From Octopus sinensis (lineage: Eukaryota), in NCBI RefSeq assembly GCF_006345805.1, contig NC_043006.1, positions 10,230,001 through 10,294,000 on the forward strand: 64,000 bases of DNA, read 5' to 3'. Below, piece after piece: positions 13,733 through 28,661 of the stretch. The translations under genes and the position numbers were made by a program. The notes under the pieces are model-generated. The model did not search any database. It was given only the letters and a program-made list of their open reading frames with translations, and had not been told where the DNA came from. Each line of letters opens with the position of its first letter. The stretch's first letter is position 1.

Positions 13733-16199
13733 TGTGTGTGTATGTGTGCACCTTTCAATGCTGTGTATGCCATAAAGTCTTCAAATCTAACGGTGGCCTC
13801 CGAAGACAACAATATTATGATCCACAGCTATCAGAACTTATTTGGTGCTCTTGCTGGTCTGAATCCGTGGGTGTGTTTTCAATACAATATCTGGTTTAAA
13901 AAAAGCCACATCGAACACCATGATGGATCTAATGTATAAGTACAAGAGGTGGTCCGACTATACATGAGGACTAAACAACCACCATATATATGTTCTCTGA
14001 AATTATAGCCACGTGCTTAATCATTAATTGAGTGGTTTCAGTTCTGGTGGCATTTCAAATGTTACCTTCCGTAATTTAAGAATAAATAAACGATTGCTGG
14101 TGATCATCTATCATATTTCTTACGCCCTTTGAATAAATGATCACATACATCTATGCCGGTACCATAAATATTTCCACCTACTTAAGCGTGTATTTTTTTT
14201 TATGCATGCGGTATTCTTTGGAGAGATAGTAGATTCGGTGTTCTTTTTATATTGAATCAATTACTGCTGCTTCAATACTGACAGTCATCGCTCGTCAGGA
14301 TGTATAATTTTTTAACGTTAGAATAGAGAATAATATTAAAGCATTCTTAATCATTGGGATGATAAATGAGAAGCAATAGAGCGGAAGATTTTAAATACTT
14401 GGGACATTAAACTGCTAAGTAGGATCAAACATTCAGTGACAGACAATAATCTTACGCGATGATAAATAATATTGTTTAATTTCTCATTAGGGATTATAAG
14501 AGACAGTTATATCCTGCAGCTGAGATTGCAATTCAATACCATGCTTTCAATCTACAGGAAATTCTGAATCGATATTCTTCACCCTATGAGAGATATTTGG
14601 GAAATCTGATGCCATTGCTGGCTGTGTCTGTTGTTGCAAGTAATCTGTATTTTTGAGTAGTAAAAGTCTAATGCATCCACAAATCAGTTTTCTCAAGTAC
14701 ATGAAATCAAAATAACAATTTGAATAACTTAGGAAAATTGTTGCCATCCGTAGACTTATTTCTTGCTTCTTAAAAAAATAAATACGTCAAAGAGAATAAA
14801 AATATTTGTTGTAGCCTGTGTCCAGAATATATTTAATGAACGGTGTTCAGGTCGTGATAAAATTGCTTTCCTTTATGAGGTTGCACATCAACGAGTACAT
14901 AATTTTGGAGTTTGAGGCAAATTGCTTGGCTTTGAGTGGCAGTCTGGGCGACGTCATATAGACTACCAAGTTCACTGAACTAGATGTTTATATGAATGTC
15001 TGATAATCAACAAACGGTTAAGTATTATATCGAGGACTTATAACCTTCAATATTCATTACAAAGCCAGACATATACTAATAAAATCACCTGAAGTTATTC
15101 AAATTAAATACAAATGAATTGCCAATAATTGCAGTTGAGTCTATATAATATGTGTTCATATTACTATCTTTCTTCTAAAAATAGTATATTTATTCAAGAA
15201 TATATCATTCATACTATATACGTATCGTCTCGTCTGCATTTAACACCTCCTGAAATAATTTGTAGCATATTTGCATATTTCCTCGGGCTAAAGTATACAT
15301 CTCAGTCCTACGATTCATACAGTGGTTGCTACGTAATCACATCGTTATGTTCTGTCTAACGAGATTCCAGCAGTGATCTTCTTTTGAATGTTCAACTTAA
15401 ATATGTATTGTTCTACGTACCTTAGGGGGTAATCAGATAAACAAAGCCTTTTTTTTCTGCAAAGGATATTCTTGTGATGTGGTTGAAAATTAGAAGAAGT
15501 AAAATTGCTTTGTAAGACTATTACAATGTATGTAGAGAATGACGGACGTTTAAACTGATAATCACGCTATGTATACCCGTAATTCTTTTTTACGGTGTCA
15601 GACGACATATACCTTCAGTATCTATCCACTATCGCTTTTTCAACAGCATTGTGTGTGTCTCTGTGTCTATGTGTGTATGTGTGTGTGGCTGTGTGCCTGT
15701 GTGTCTATGTGTGTATATGTGTGTGGCTGTGTGCCTGTGTGTTTATGTGTGTATGTGTGTGTGGCTGTGTGGCTGTGTGTCTATGTGTGAGTATGTGTGT
15801 GTCTATGTGCGTGCACAACTGCATGTATGTGTGTAAACAAGAAAAAGGAAACTTTAAAACTAAATATGCAGGAAAAAGGATGCATTTGAACGTAAAATGT
15901 TAATAATCGTATATTTGATTATCACTTTGCCGAAGTTCAGATGACTTTGAAATATAGGAATATTAAATTTAGCAAACAAAAGGCATACGTAGGAACATTT
16001 TATGTGACATAATACTCTGTAGTTGGATATTATGAAATGACTGCCATTTATTAGGAAATAATATATTAGTCATCTACTTCATAAAAGAAAAAAGTATTAT
16101 TATTTAGATGGATTGAAATTAATCAATTGTACAAAATATTATACAATATCCCTTTTACTAGTACAGATTTTTCATACGCTTATCTAACCCGTGGCCGTT

Positions 16200-16525
16200 T
16201 AACTTAAGGATGACTATAAGACCGTCATCCCTGCATCTATTAAAGGGAATTCGAGATGCAGATTATGCACAATATAAGCTCCTATAAGCACACATACCTC
16301 CGACCCGTCATATACCCCCATCGGCACATCTAAAACAGAATCCTCACTCATTTTTACCCAGATAGAATCCTCGTAAAAAAAGGGGGGATTTCCTTGCATG
16401 CAGGAAAATATCTATTTCCGAGTTATCGATGGTGACATACTGCTTGGCGAAGTCTAATGTTTTTAAAAGTAAAGACCAAGCTACTGACAGGAAACGTCGA
16501 CAATATCAAACTGCTTAAATTTGCA
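16200..16525 (-). mobile_element. Penelope-like element RT fragment, degenerate
   Basis: QFDIVD, LDFAKQYVTI..IDIFLHARKS, DVPMGVYDGSEVC (cf. DVxMGSxDGAExC) and a frameshifted DDGL. Confidence 0.8.
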
Positions 16526-16739
16526 GTTATGCTTATGGCTTTATAAGAGTATTACAATGCATGTAGAGAATGACGGGTGTTTAAACTGGTAATCATACTA
16601 TGTATACTCGTAATTCTTTTTTACGGTATAAGACGAAGTATACCTTCATACCTTATTGCTTATAAAGAAGAACGAAGCCGAAATACCCACGGTAAATAAT
16701 TATTTGTAAAATATTAATCAATTAATACATCAAAAGTTA

Positions 16740-16990
16740 TATCCGTTGGCTATTTGATTAATATTCAATCGAATGTCATCCATCACCTGTTGAATACGAT
16801 CAATCATTTCCTCGACAGTGGCAGTTGCAGGACTTTCAAACCTAACATCATCTTAAACTCGCATTTTCCCTCCTAAATTCAGCTGTCCACATTTTCCCTG
16901 TTGTTAAAGCTAGATCATCATCCTCTAATGCAGTAACCCTACAGCATGAATTCCTTAGGGACTAAATGATTTTTGGCAGGTAATTGATAA
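16740..16990 (-). mobile_element. Mariner transposase N-terminal fragment
   Basis: WTAEFRR..DD..PATATVEEMIDRI..MDDIRL across frameshifts (cf. WAAEFKRGRESLEDDPRSGRPATAT). Confidence 0.7.
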
Positions 16991-17293
16991 CGCCACAATC
17001 ACAAATATTCTCAAATTTTAAAAGATGTAGCAATTAATTATTTTTCAAATCTTTAAACAGTCAATTCTCAGTTTACCTGGAAAGAAAGAACGCAATTATT
17101 AATAAGAAAACAGGAATCAAATGCATGCAGGAGTCCACACCTCTAACACCACTCCTCTATAATCAGCCTACGAATTTTTCAGCCCGCTCTCTTATTTCCG
17201 AAAAATTTGTCGCTATTAATTTCTTGAGCCTAAAGGCTTTAAAATGTCTGTACTTAATTGCATACTGATATACATACATACATTCATACATAC

Positions 17294-17349
<56 letters not shown>

Positions 17350-17432
17350 TATATATAAAAATATATATATATATGTGTGTGTGTACGTACATACATATAC
17401 ACAGGTACATACACACACACACACAAACAAAC

Positions 17433-17488
<56 letters not shown>

Positions 17489-17515
17489 GTATGTATATAT
17501 ATATGTATATATATA

Positions 17516-17555
<40 letters not shown>

Positions 17556-17763
17556 ATATAGAGGCACCAATCGTTGTGTCTCGATTTTTACCACTAATGC
17601 TAATGATAGGAATCGCCATATTGTGTTGCTTAGTTAAAGCCAGTCGGCTTTTGTAGTACATGTACATTATATGAAGCAAAAATACTGATTATATAGTCTG
17701 TGTTTCTCTTTATACACACACATACGCACACACACACACACATATATATATATATGCATATAT

Positions 17764-18640
<877 letters not shown>

Positions 18641-19673
18641 ATATATATATATATACATGGAACACACAAACACACATTTGTATGATATGCGTATGTACAT
18701 ACACAACCGTGTGTGCACATATAGACATTGTGAGAGAGTTACCTACATACGGAGATATATATTTGCAGATGAGTTACTTTTGTGACAACCTACTCTAACT
18801 ACCACTGGAAACATATATGACAGCTAAGAGGATAGTTTCCGATGATATATTTCGCATATTACATGCTTCTGTCTCGGTGTGTCGTCTCCTCGCTTTTAAT
18901 ATAATTTATGTATCTCAGTAATATTTCATATCGGAAAGTATATGTTTTTTTGTACAATATGTGCGTTTTATTTTTCTCCGACTAGACAGCTCTGTTCTCT
19001 TGTAGAAATGGGATTTCGCGATATGAATCACGTTTAAGGTTATTATGGAATAAAATTGAATTACTTTACCAAGAACATGAAATACAAATACAAAGTTCTT
19101 TGTGAATATAGTTACGACATAATCTATTACTGTATATGGAGTCATTTGTTTGTATATTCAGTTGAACACTAATATAATTTGGTGCTTACCTTGCTTATAT
19201 TCTCAAAGTTTCCATATATATCCATACGTAAAAAATCAAGTATATATAATCTACTGTTATGCCAAGACGTTGACAACGCTTCATCAAATATTGAAGGCAA
19301 CTAAATATAATCATCTGTACAGTCAGAGGAGCAATCAATGTTTCGATGAAATTAATGAGTACTCTTTGAAAAGTGTTCACTTCCATGATATCATAGCCTG
19401 TTTTTACGTTGAATTTCTCTTTTATCCAACCTTCTTCGAGTGCTTATACAGTCGTGCGATTATCAGGAAATCGCGTACATATTATCTCAAATACACGACA
19501 TTGTATTATATCTTGATATGATATATGGTTATCTTCATGAGGTTTTACAACGTGAAATAAGTGGTGCTTGACTGGATCTCAAAGCAAAACAAGGCTATAA
19601 AGAATACTATACAAACTTTTGCATAGAAAAAGTCAGGTCGATCGATTTAATATATATATATATATATATATAA

Positions 19674-19714
<41 letters not shown>

Positions 19715-19756
19715 ATATTTGTATATATATATATGAATATATATATATATATATTA

Positions 19757-19803
<47 letters not shown>

Positions 19804-20119
19804 TATGGTGGCACAAGGACAGGGCAACAAATGATAAACCTGTCATATTACTTGTATGAAATAAAATACCTACCTGCAATACAATGATCGTAAATCTATT
19901 TTTGTAGAATCGTTAGAGCATCCGAGAAAATACTTGAGTATTTCACTGTCATTTCATATTGTGATACCAAGTCCTGACAAGATCATCGCTTCCTGCCATC
20001 AGATAAATAAAAGTACAACAATTTTTGCAGTCGAGTGTATATTCTTATAAAGCAGTAGTCCCCAAAAGGTCTGTACCGCACCTTGAATTCCTCGGTTTTT
20101 GCCGGGAGGACTATAACGA

Positions 20120-22110
20120 ATAAAAGGGGGCTAAGATCTGATCCTTGGTGAACCCTACTTCTATTAGGAATTCTTCACTATACTTGTTACCATCTCTCAC
20201 CTTACTGTACAGGGCTTGTACAGCTATTACCAATCACTCGTTTCCGTATTGACCACCATATAAGGATTCGGGAAATCCTGTCAAATGCTTTCTCCAAGTC
20301 AACAAAAGCCAAGTAGAGAGTTCTATCTTTGGCTAGGTATTTCTCCTGCAGTTGCCTTACGAGAAATATAGCATCAGTGGTGCTTCTGCATGGCACAAAA
20401 CCAAACTGAATCTCATCTAGGCTAACTTTCTCCCTAATTAGTTGGCTATGAGTCTCTCTGTACCTTTTATCACCTGATTCAATAATTTGATACGCTTGTA
20501 GTCATTTCTATCTAAAGCATCACCTTTACCCTTGTAGCAGTGGACTATGGTGCTGCCAGACCAGTCAATGGGTATAACTCCTTCATGAGGTACCTGATTT
20601 ACGATGCGAGTGACGAGACCATAACCCACACCGCCTGATATTTTAAGCATCTTAGCGGTGATACTTGATAAGCGAAGTGCTTTCCGTCTCCATATCCTTA
20701 ATTGCTTTATCTAGCAGGGTACTATAAATTCGTGTACTCGTCCTTCAATTGGGTCAGCCTTTGGCAGAGTGTCCTCCTCCGATTAATTCTTCACATTCAG
20801 CAGTCTTCCATAATGGCATCTCTAACCCTTTTCTTTGCAGAATCATTAAACACAAAGGCACCTACATCTATGCGGACACATTTCTTTCCTTTAACATCAC
20901 AGTTTTCTCTCACACATTGTTTTTTAATCCGAAATACTTCAGCTCTTCGATTCTCACGTCCCTGAACATTGGCAAACTTCTTTTCTGCTACTCTCTTGGC
21001 TATATATACCTGTCTGCTAGCTTCCCTTTTGGTTATCTGATAATACTCCTGCTACCCCCCATCACATTCTTCCAGGCCTTCCGAGCCTGTTTCTCTGCTC
21101 TGATGGCACTGTCTATAGTACTGTTCCACCACTACATTACCCTAGTTCTGGAAGGAACTTTGCACCAGCCACAGATTTAGTCTGTGTCACTCAGCAAGCT
21201 GTTTAGCAGGAATTCCCACTTGCCTGCTAAGTTACATGACTGTAGCTCCTCCTCCCTATCATCAAATATCTCGGTAAGGATATCCCTATATCTGTGACCA
21301 TGTGAAGGTTTCTTAAGCTTCCGAGTCCACTTCCAGATTGGTTTCCTCTTTGGCAACCTTCTAGCCTCGAGTCACTAATAACTAGTCTATGTTGGAGGGT
21401 ACCTTCTTCTCCAGGGAGGGTCTTTGTATTTGAGAGAAACCATGCATCCCGCTCTCTGGTGAGAATGAAATCAATCTGGCTAGCAGAATCACCTGACTGA
21501 TAGGCTATCAGGTCTCTAGCTGGCTTCCTGAAGTTGGGAATGCAGATCAATAGGCTACTTGCATCGCAGAATTCCAAGAGTCAATTTCCATCGTTTCTGG
21601 TACAGACTCCATGGCCCTCATATACACCACGGAAGATACTAGGTTGCTGTCCGACATGCACATTAAATTCTCCAGTCACAAAGATGAGATCATTGTCATT
21701 TGTCTTGGAGGTAGCCTGCAGAAGAATATCATAATATCGAACCTTCTGTTCATTTGGTAAGCCCACCATGTGGGACGTAGGCAGAAATATTTTTTAGATA
21801 TATCATTCTGCAAGACTAGCCTGAGTTTAAGTACACTATTGCACACCCATTTCTCTGCAAGAACTATGCCCACACCTCCTCTTCCAACATTATTACTTTC
21901 CCAGAAGTGTTTATACCTATGTATTTTGCCTGCGAGGACTCAAACTAAAGCACCTCTCCACCTCAACACTTGTACGCAACATACATCAATATGTCTCCGT
22001 TGAAGCATCTCTACAATCTCGCTAGACCTACATTTCAATGTGCCTATATTTACAGTGCCAACCATGAAAACTGGGGAAGAGATATGGGAGGTAACACAGG
22101 AAGGAGAGAT
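20120..22110 (-). mobile_element. RTE-clade LINE relic (endonuclease + N-terminal RT)
   Basis: GTVNIGTL..DVCCVQ..RWRGA; ILLQATSK..GEFNVHVG; STTDAIFLVRQLQEKYLAK..LAFVDLEKAFDR. Many frameshifts. Confidence 0.85.
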
Positions 22111-23694
22111 GTTATTCAACACCTGATAAGAAGGTTTCTGTTGATCGTTTCGTAACAGACGTCATAATAGTTGTTCTTGATTTTACTCTACCGACATTCA
22201 AACGTTACAATTGTTAAGGTTGTTGCCTCTGCTGGGAGGTGGGAGTATGAAAGTGTTTGGGGCGTTGTAAATATAAGCTATATGTATATGTATATATATC
22301 GCTTATATTTACATATATATATATTTATATATATATGGGGGGTACAGGATGTCTGCATATCTGTCTACGTATATATTTTCATATATATATAGACACCGAA
22401 GACAGTGTAATTGTTGTTTATATTCCAACATCCTCCCATTCTGTACTTGCTAACATGCATAGCGATCTTAGATCTTCTCACACGTTTGACAAGCACCCTG
22501 AATTCTTCTTCACCCACAAGTTGAATCGCCTTAGTGTTTATGTCATCTATTATTACTATTTGCTCCAGTGCATTTAAGTTACATTTCACATTTGAAAATA
22601 GAAATATTTACTGCTATTAGTGTAATGTTATTGACGTTGGTCAGGAGCTAATGGTGCGTTTACGTGTCTAACATTTTTTTTCTTTGTTTTTTTGTCTCTT
22701 GTTACCATATTATGAATATGTGCGCAACATATTTTTCTACTGAAATATTTATAAAGTATTATGAATCAGGAAGGGTTTCTATCCACTTCCTGTCGGTAAA
22801 ATGCGTATATCTTTAGTCCACTCATCAGGTTCGCCAAATGATCAATAATGAGCTTCGAGTGTTTGGCTAGCAAAAAGTCTGAACGTTACACGAAAATTCG
22901 TATACATGGTGGCTCGATTATGGCAATCATTACAGAATGCTTTTTATATAGCTTTGCAAAATCTAAACATTCGCATATGAAGTCGAGTTGTAGACAGACT
23001 GTGAAGGATGTCTAATTTCTCTGCTAAACTTTAAACATGTGTATTATATTTTATATTCTTAGCACTTCTGGGGAGCTCTCCATAAGAAAGTTAACGAGAA
23101 GTTTCGAGCTGAGTTGTATTTCTGCTATCGGCAACGTTCGTGCAAATATAAGCCAAAAAGAATATTTCCTTGAAGTAGATTAACTGCTAGCAGAACAGCC
23201 AATTTACGTACACTCTACATAAAACTGAAGGACTTGTTACATAATATAGTTTTAGATACAATATATCTAATAAAATACTGGATGTTCGTAGTTGTAAAAG
23301 GCTGTAGTTCTTTTTATTGTAGATCATCTTGACCTGGGACTAAACGACAACGACGTTTCTAGGAAGCCATTACTTTCATTCAGTTATGCAGAAACGTTAG
23401 TCATATTTTAAACCTATAAACTATTAATGTTTATGCTTTATTTTCACTTCTTTTATTGAAATTCTAAATGTGCGTTTGATTTAGCAAATGTTCGTGGACA
23501 ATATTTGCTGATTTATCATAAAGGCTATAAATTGATTTACGTTTTGCAGTCTGTCTTTCCACATGTGACATTTTGCGGTAATTTCTGTACATCATTTACA
23601 TAAGCATCTAAGTAGACTTCTCGTCAATAAAATAAGGGTATTACAAAAATACTCATGACTAAAACAGCAATTTTGTGTATCGAACAGAACATTC

Positions 23695-23940
23695 CCATCT
23701 CTAAGCGGGTCAAACTTTGGCAGAGTGCCCTACTCCCATTCATTCTCCACATTCAGAAGTCTTTCATAATGGCTTCTCCAAGCCTCTTTCTTTGCAGAAT
23801 CATTAAACGGAAAGTCACCATCAGCTATGCGGACACATTTCTCTCCTTTAACATCACGGTTTTCTCTCACACATTGTTTTGTAATCCGAAATACTTCAGT
23901 TCTTTGATTCTCACGTCCCTGAACATTGGCAAACTTCTTT
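23695..23940 (-). mobile_element. RTE LINE fragment, same family as 20120-22110
   Basis: EVFRITKQCVRENRDVKGEKCVR..KKEAWRSHYERLLNVENEW; nucleotide match to 20740-20980. Confidence 0.8.
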
Positions 23941-26900
23941 AATTTAATTCCCTCCAATTCAATTTTAACTGAATTTAATTCCCTCCCATTCAAATTTGCA
24001 TTTTACCCGTCAGTGTTCAATGCCTTAAAAATAATGTACCAGCTGTATAATAAAATAACTGCTTTTGTCTGTAATTCTCAATCAGGTGATTTCTACATAG
24101 TTACGAATATTAAAATGGGGATGACATTTTCCTCTCCCAAAATTGTGTCAGAAGGATAAGACATTTCAGTACATGATCTTGTCGATTGTCAATAGGTAAT
24201 CACTAATTTTACAAATCCCTGCCGCCGCCATTTTTTAAATATAACATCATTGCTTGCAGGTTTGCAATTTCAGAAAAGTTCTATACATACAATGGTAATG
24301 TGCTGCTAAATTCCCTGTACACCACCAAAGTAACCACTATGAGGATGTCTCTCCGCTCGCCAATATTAGTATCCATATTTATATCACAATTCCACCGTCT
24401 GCAGTATGAACAGATGGGATAATATAATGTGGAGTAAACAACGCGTGCAAAAAAGACGGAATACTCATGACTTAATGTTTTTTGTAATATGGTTAATAAA
24501 TACAAAAATAAGTTAATTCATGTTCTTATCACAAAATAAAACACGTAAGTCCAATTCTACCAAACACTGTTTGGTTTCCTTCTCAGTAGGAACATATCTC
24601 AATATATGGAAACTCACAACGGGCTTGCCAAATGCCAAAGCAATCCAAACACTTTGATGTCTACAATTATCACAGTATCATCATTGATTTAACATCTCAG
24701 CTGAGACGGAAATATTCCTAAATATTAGAAGTTTTTATCAGATTTTCAACACTTAATGGATACTTCTGAAATTAAGAGTCATTGTCAGATTCTCAACATT
24801 GAACGCCCACTTCCGAAATTTCATTCCTAACCATCTATAGATGTTCAAGCAGATTCTACAAGCCTACAAATGACATCCGATTTTGGCGGATTTGGCTGAC
24901 ATTAGATGATTTAATTAATAAAAACAAATTAAAATTGTTTATCTTTTGCAGACAAAAAAGAAAAAATTTAATCCCGGTAAAAAAAGATTTACACGATGAC
25001 ACTCTCTCTCTCTATTTAGCAAATATTACTTTATATATTTAATGAAGTTTCTGTGCATGGCCTGGCTCTGACATCTATGAATTTGTGTGTAAACGTATAT
25101 TTGTTTATGCGTGCCTATGTGTTTATTTATGTGTGGGCTATATCTGCGTACAAATATGTATGTGTGTGTTTGGATGAGAGAAAATCCTAATAATGAAATG
25201 CAGGAAACAATAAGTTTTGAGTGTTTATAATGTAGAAGAAGGGTAGAAAGAACTCTGAGAGAAGGGTTTGTTAAAAGAGGTCAAAAATAATAAATTCAGT
25301 GATCTATTAACTCATCGACACAACGAACAGACTGATGAAATTAAATCTCCACAACTGATACAAGAAGAATTATTTTGGGAAAAGAAAAATTATATTAAAT
25401 ATTAATATAAAAAAAAAGAAAGAAATAATCTTTATTAAATTTCTTATTTGTGAGAAACTGAAAACAAAATTGGCACTATTTTTGCGAAATGCGCTAGTCA
25501 ATTAGGTGACAATACTTCCAGAAATATTTACAACCAAAGTAACTGATAAATAAAGAATTACTTTAGATTAATTTAATGTCTATTTTTATCTGACGGAGAC
25601 ACTTTGTTACGCTTTATAATTCGTTTAGATACGTTGGAAATTCATTGTTCATTCACTATGTGGGAGACGTTCATAAGCTAATGAAAATTTAACTGGCGCG
25701 AAAAGTACAAACCAGCTGTTGTCTATGATAAGAATTGGAATTGTCGACTTTTAATAACTCTTCAGCATCAAACACTTCGGTGAATCTGCAGCGAATAAGT
25801 GTATCATGGTTAACATTAGAGTAAATCGAATATATTTGCTGATGTTTCGTAGCGGAATAAAAAAAAAAAACATTATTAAAATTGCAGGAAAAAAAATTCC
25901 AACAGAAACATAAGATATAAAGATGGGCGCAGAAGTTTTCGAAGTTGGTGTTATGTAAAAACCTAAAGTTAATTAGTTTCTCTTTTTATTACATTGCTTC
26001 CTATATGACGGAATGTCTGATATTTAACCGCAGTATTATAAAAGATTAGAAAGCAATTAGTATCATACTTAGAGTTAAACCAACAAATAAACAAACTTGA
26101 ACAATACTACGAAGAATATAAACTTTGGGTATATGTTCAATAAGTGTGCCTCTATGTTTGTATATAATTCTATGTGTATAACTCGGCACGGTTAACAGCA
26201 TGTTTGATACTTCCACTGCTACCAAACAACTTGTAACATCGAAATTAAAAAATAACAGCTCGGTTCTATAGCGGAGATCACGATATCTAATTCAGAGAGG
26301 TACGTAGGAGCAAATATAACGAAATGTAACATTGAGTCGAGTAAAAAACAGGTAGCAGATTTGGAAGTACGGGGCGCCTTGTTACTACTCATAGACTTAG
26401 AGTGTGTACATTTTACTTTTTTCAAACAATCACATTCTTATCGAACGAGGGCAATACAAAATAATTCTTTGATTTTTATACTGTTTAGGAGTTGAAATGA
26501 AAATGAAGTAGTGTCCATTACGTTACTTTTTTAGTAACAAATTCTGCAAACTTTCAATTTGGTCTAGTTAGTGATCACCAATCCATATCTACTATCTAGT
26601 ATTCTGTGGCTTATTTATGTTTGGTATAATGAAGGTATATCTTCGGTGACAAAGATTTGTTGACTAAGAGAGATGAAGTAATGCACACTTGAAATGAGGT
26701 TTCAAGTGTTACACTCGACGAGGCATTTCCGCCATCGTTGAGCGTAACTCTCAAAACCTCGTTAATAATATGCAATTGAGCATTTTTGAACCCACAATTC
26801 CTTTTACTTCGACTTTCTCTTTCATCAAATACATTCCTCCACCACACGCCTCGCCCTGAAGACACTACTTCTTTAAACCGAACAAGAGTACGTCATAGGA

Positions 26901-27029
26901 TACTAGATCCGAGATATGGATTGGTGACCACTAACCAGTACAAATTTAAAGTTTGCAAAATTTGGTAATAAACTAATGAGTGGTTGCGCATTTTCATGGA
27001 AAATGTGAGCCGTTTATAAATACTTGTTC

Positions 27030-27480
27030 GGCCACGTACGCCGAATGGCTCCAGTAAGATATTTTAACTTATCAAAGCACCGTCCCCAGAAATTTCGAAA
27101 GGAATTATGCTCTTGTCATCCCAAATCAGTAACCATTGCTTTCTGTGCCGGTCGCTGTCTCTTGAGATTCTTGCGTCTTGGAGAAGAGATGCGGCTTCTA
27201 CGTACCTCTCTGAAACATTTCCGGTTTATAAATGTAGACCTACTTTTCATTGCGTAACCAACTCGACAAAAATGTAGGTCCATTGATCTGAAATGCCCAC
27301 AGTGGATCGTAGTACATTGTGACATCCAATGTGTTTTCCTTTACTGCCATTTATTCACCATCTCTAATGCACCGCGATCACAGTGAAGTGGTTCAGAAAC
27401 ATCATGGATTTTAAGTCTTCGTCAACGGGCGCGAATCCGATCCTCTACTCACTCGCAGTTCGTGTGAGTTGTTTATGCTA
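27030..27480 (-). mobile_element. Mariner transposase fragment (first catalytic D region)
   Basis: FQINGPTFLS.. VT..EK*VYIYKPE (cf. RIVTGDEKWV) and SPRRKNLKRQRPAQKAMVT (cf. SPRPKKFK..SAGKVM). Confidence 0.65.
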
Positions 27481-28593
27481 TTCCACTTTTTGCTTACTCT
27501 TGAATATCGATACATTTATTTTTAAATATTTTTTCGTACATTATGTGCATTGCACTTGATACTTTTGCCATCGCCGTATAAAATATGGAATCTTCTGTGA
27601 GTGTGAGAGAGGTGTCACATCATAATTAGCATGAAGTTATTAATAGGACGTTGCTTCTCTTTGCAATTAATAATTTTCCAACTATGAAGAGCAATCAAGT
27701 GGAGAGTTACTATAGAGTACTGTTCAACACTCGTATTTATCAAGCGCTTAACACGAAAAGCTGTAATTAGTTTGAAAATTATACTTGTCGAAACACCTGA
27801 CACTCATGAAAGATCTGAGAAATGTTTTGGTCAAGGCAATCGGTGCTCTACATATTGTATCGTATTGAAAAACACCTTGTAACACATATTCCATATCTAG
27901 TTACAGCATGATTGAAAAAAATAGAGCAATTGATTAGCCTTATGTAGTAACCGTTGGTTTCTCAATTTACTTGCTAGAAGCAACGCAAGATTCTCACTTG
28001 ATACACATTCTACACAGAATAAATAAGGAAAATATTTGGTGACGCACTCTGGAAAAGACAATTGATGATCGTGGAGGAAAGGATACTCATTATCGGTTTC
28101 GCCAATCACCGTTGACCACAGGTTAAATAACAATAAATTGAACGGTTGGCTTTCATAGTCGGTTGTCAGAGCAGAGTATGCAATACCGATAAATCGAAAC
28201 TAGCAAAAGGCTGATGGTTCATTATTTTATTCAGTAGCCTAACAAAACTCTCAATGCTATTCAGCGAGTGCATATTGAGCAGGAAAAGGCTTTCTAATGC
28301 TCTCCTGTTATCCCAATATAAAAATCAAACAATACTTTTTTAACTACGAAATATTTTTTAGTTAATTTTGATTAAATTATTTCAAGTTTAGCTGTCTTTA
28401 TCAATATGAAAACAGTAATACTACGAATAAGGCTTTATTTGGTGAGCAAGCGTGTCAGTTAACAGAATGTATGCACTCTATGTGGGTATATATGTGTGTG
28501 TGTATATATGTATGCATATACATATGTATATATATACATATATTTGTATATACATATACATATATTTGTATTTACATATACATATATGAATAT

Positions 28594-28661
<68 letters not shown>

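Larger units (their letters stand above)
18790..25750 (-). pseudogene. SLC9C1: SLC9C1/sNHE-like locus B, decayed
   Basis: Collinear on -: LVVLFAPVKFSLAYERLPH (cf. LLQIFLPVLIFESAFAMDVH) 25658-25714; RVVYSTLYYPICS..GERRD..TLVV (cf. RGMVISLFSPILS..GGLRG..ALVV) 24320-24445; EEFRVLVK..CWNI (cf. EALRLLVQ..SWQI) 22420-22508; FQRVL..TLIAPLTVQMI (cf. human FFRIL..KLIAPKLLQII) 19309-19370; REIPFLQ (cf. KELGLLQ) near 19010. Matched by eye. Confidence 0.55.

Noticed and set aside
19536-19590. cttcatgag..gaaa hammerhead-like string (a similar ctgaaga..gaac string occurs near 26866)
   Set aside because: The core is mismatched, and stem I and the cleavage triplet are not supported.
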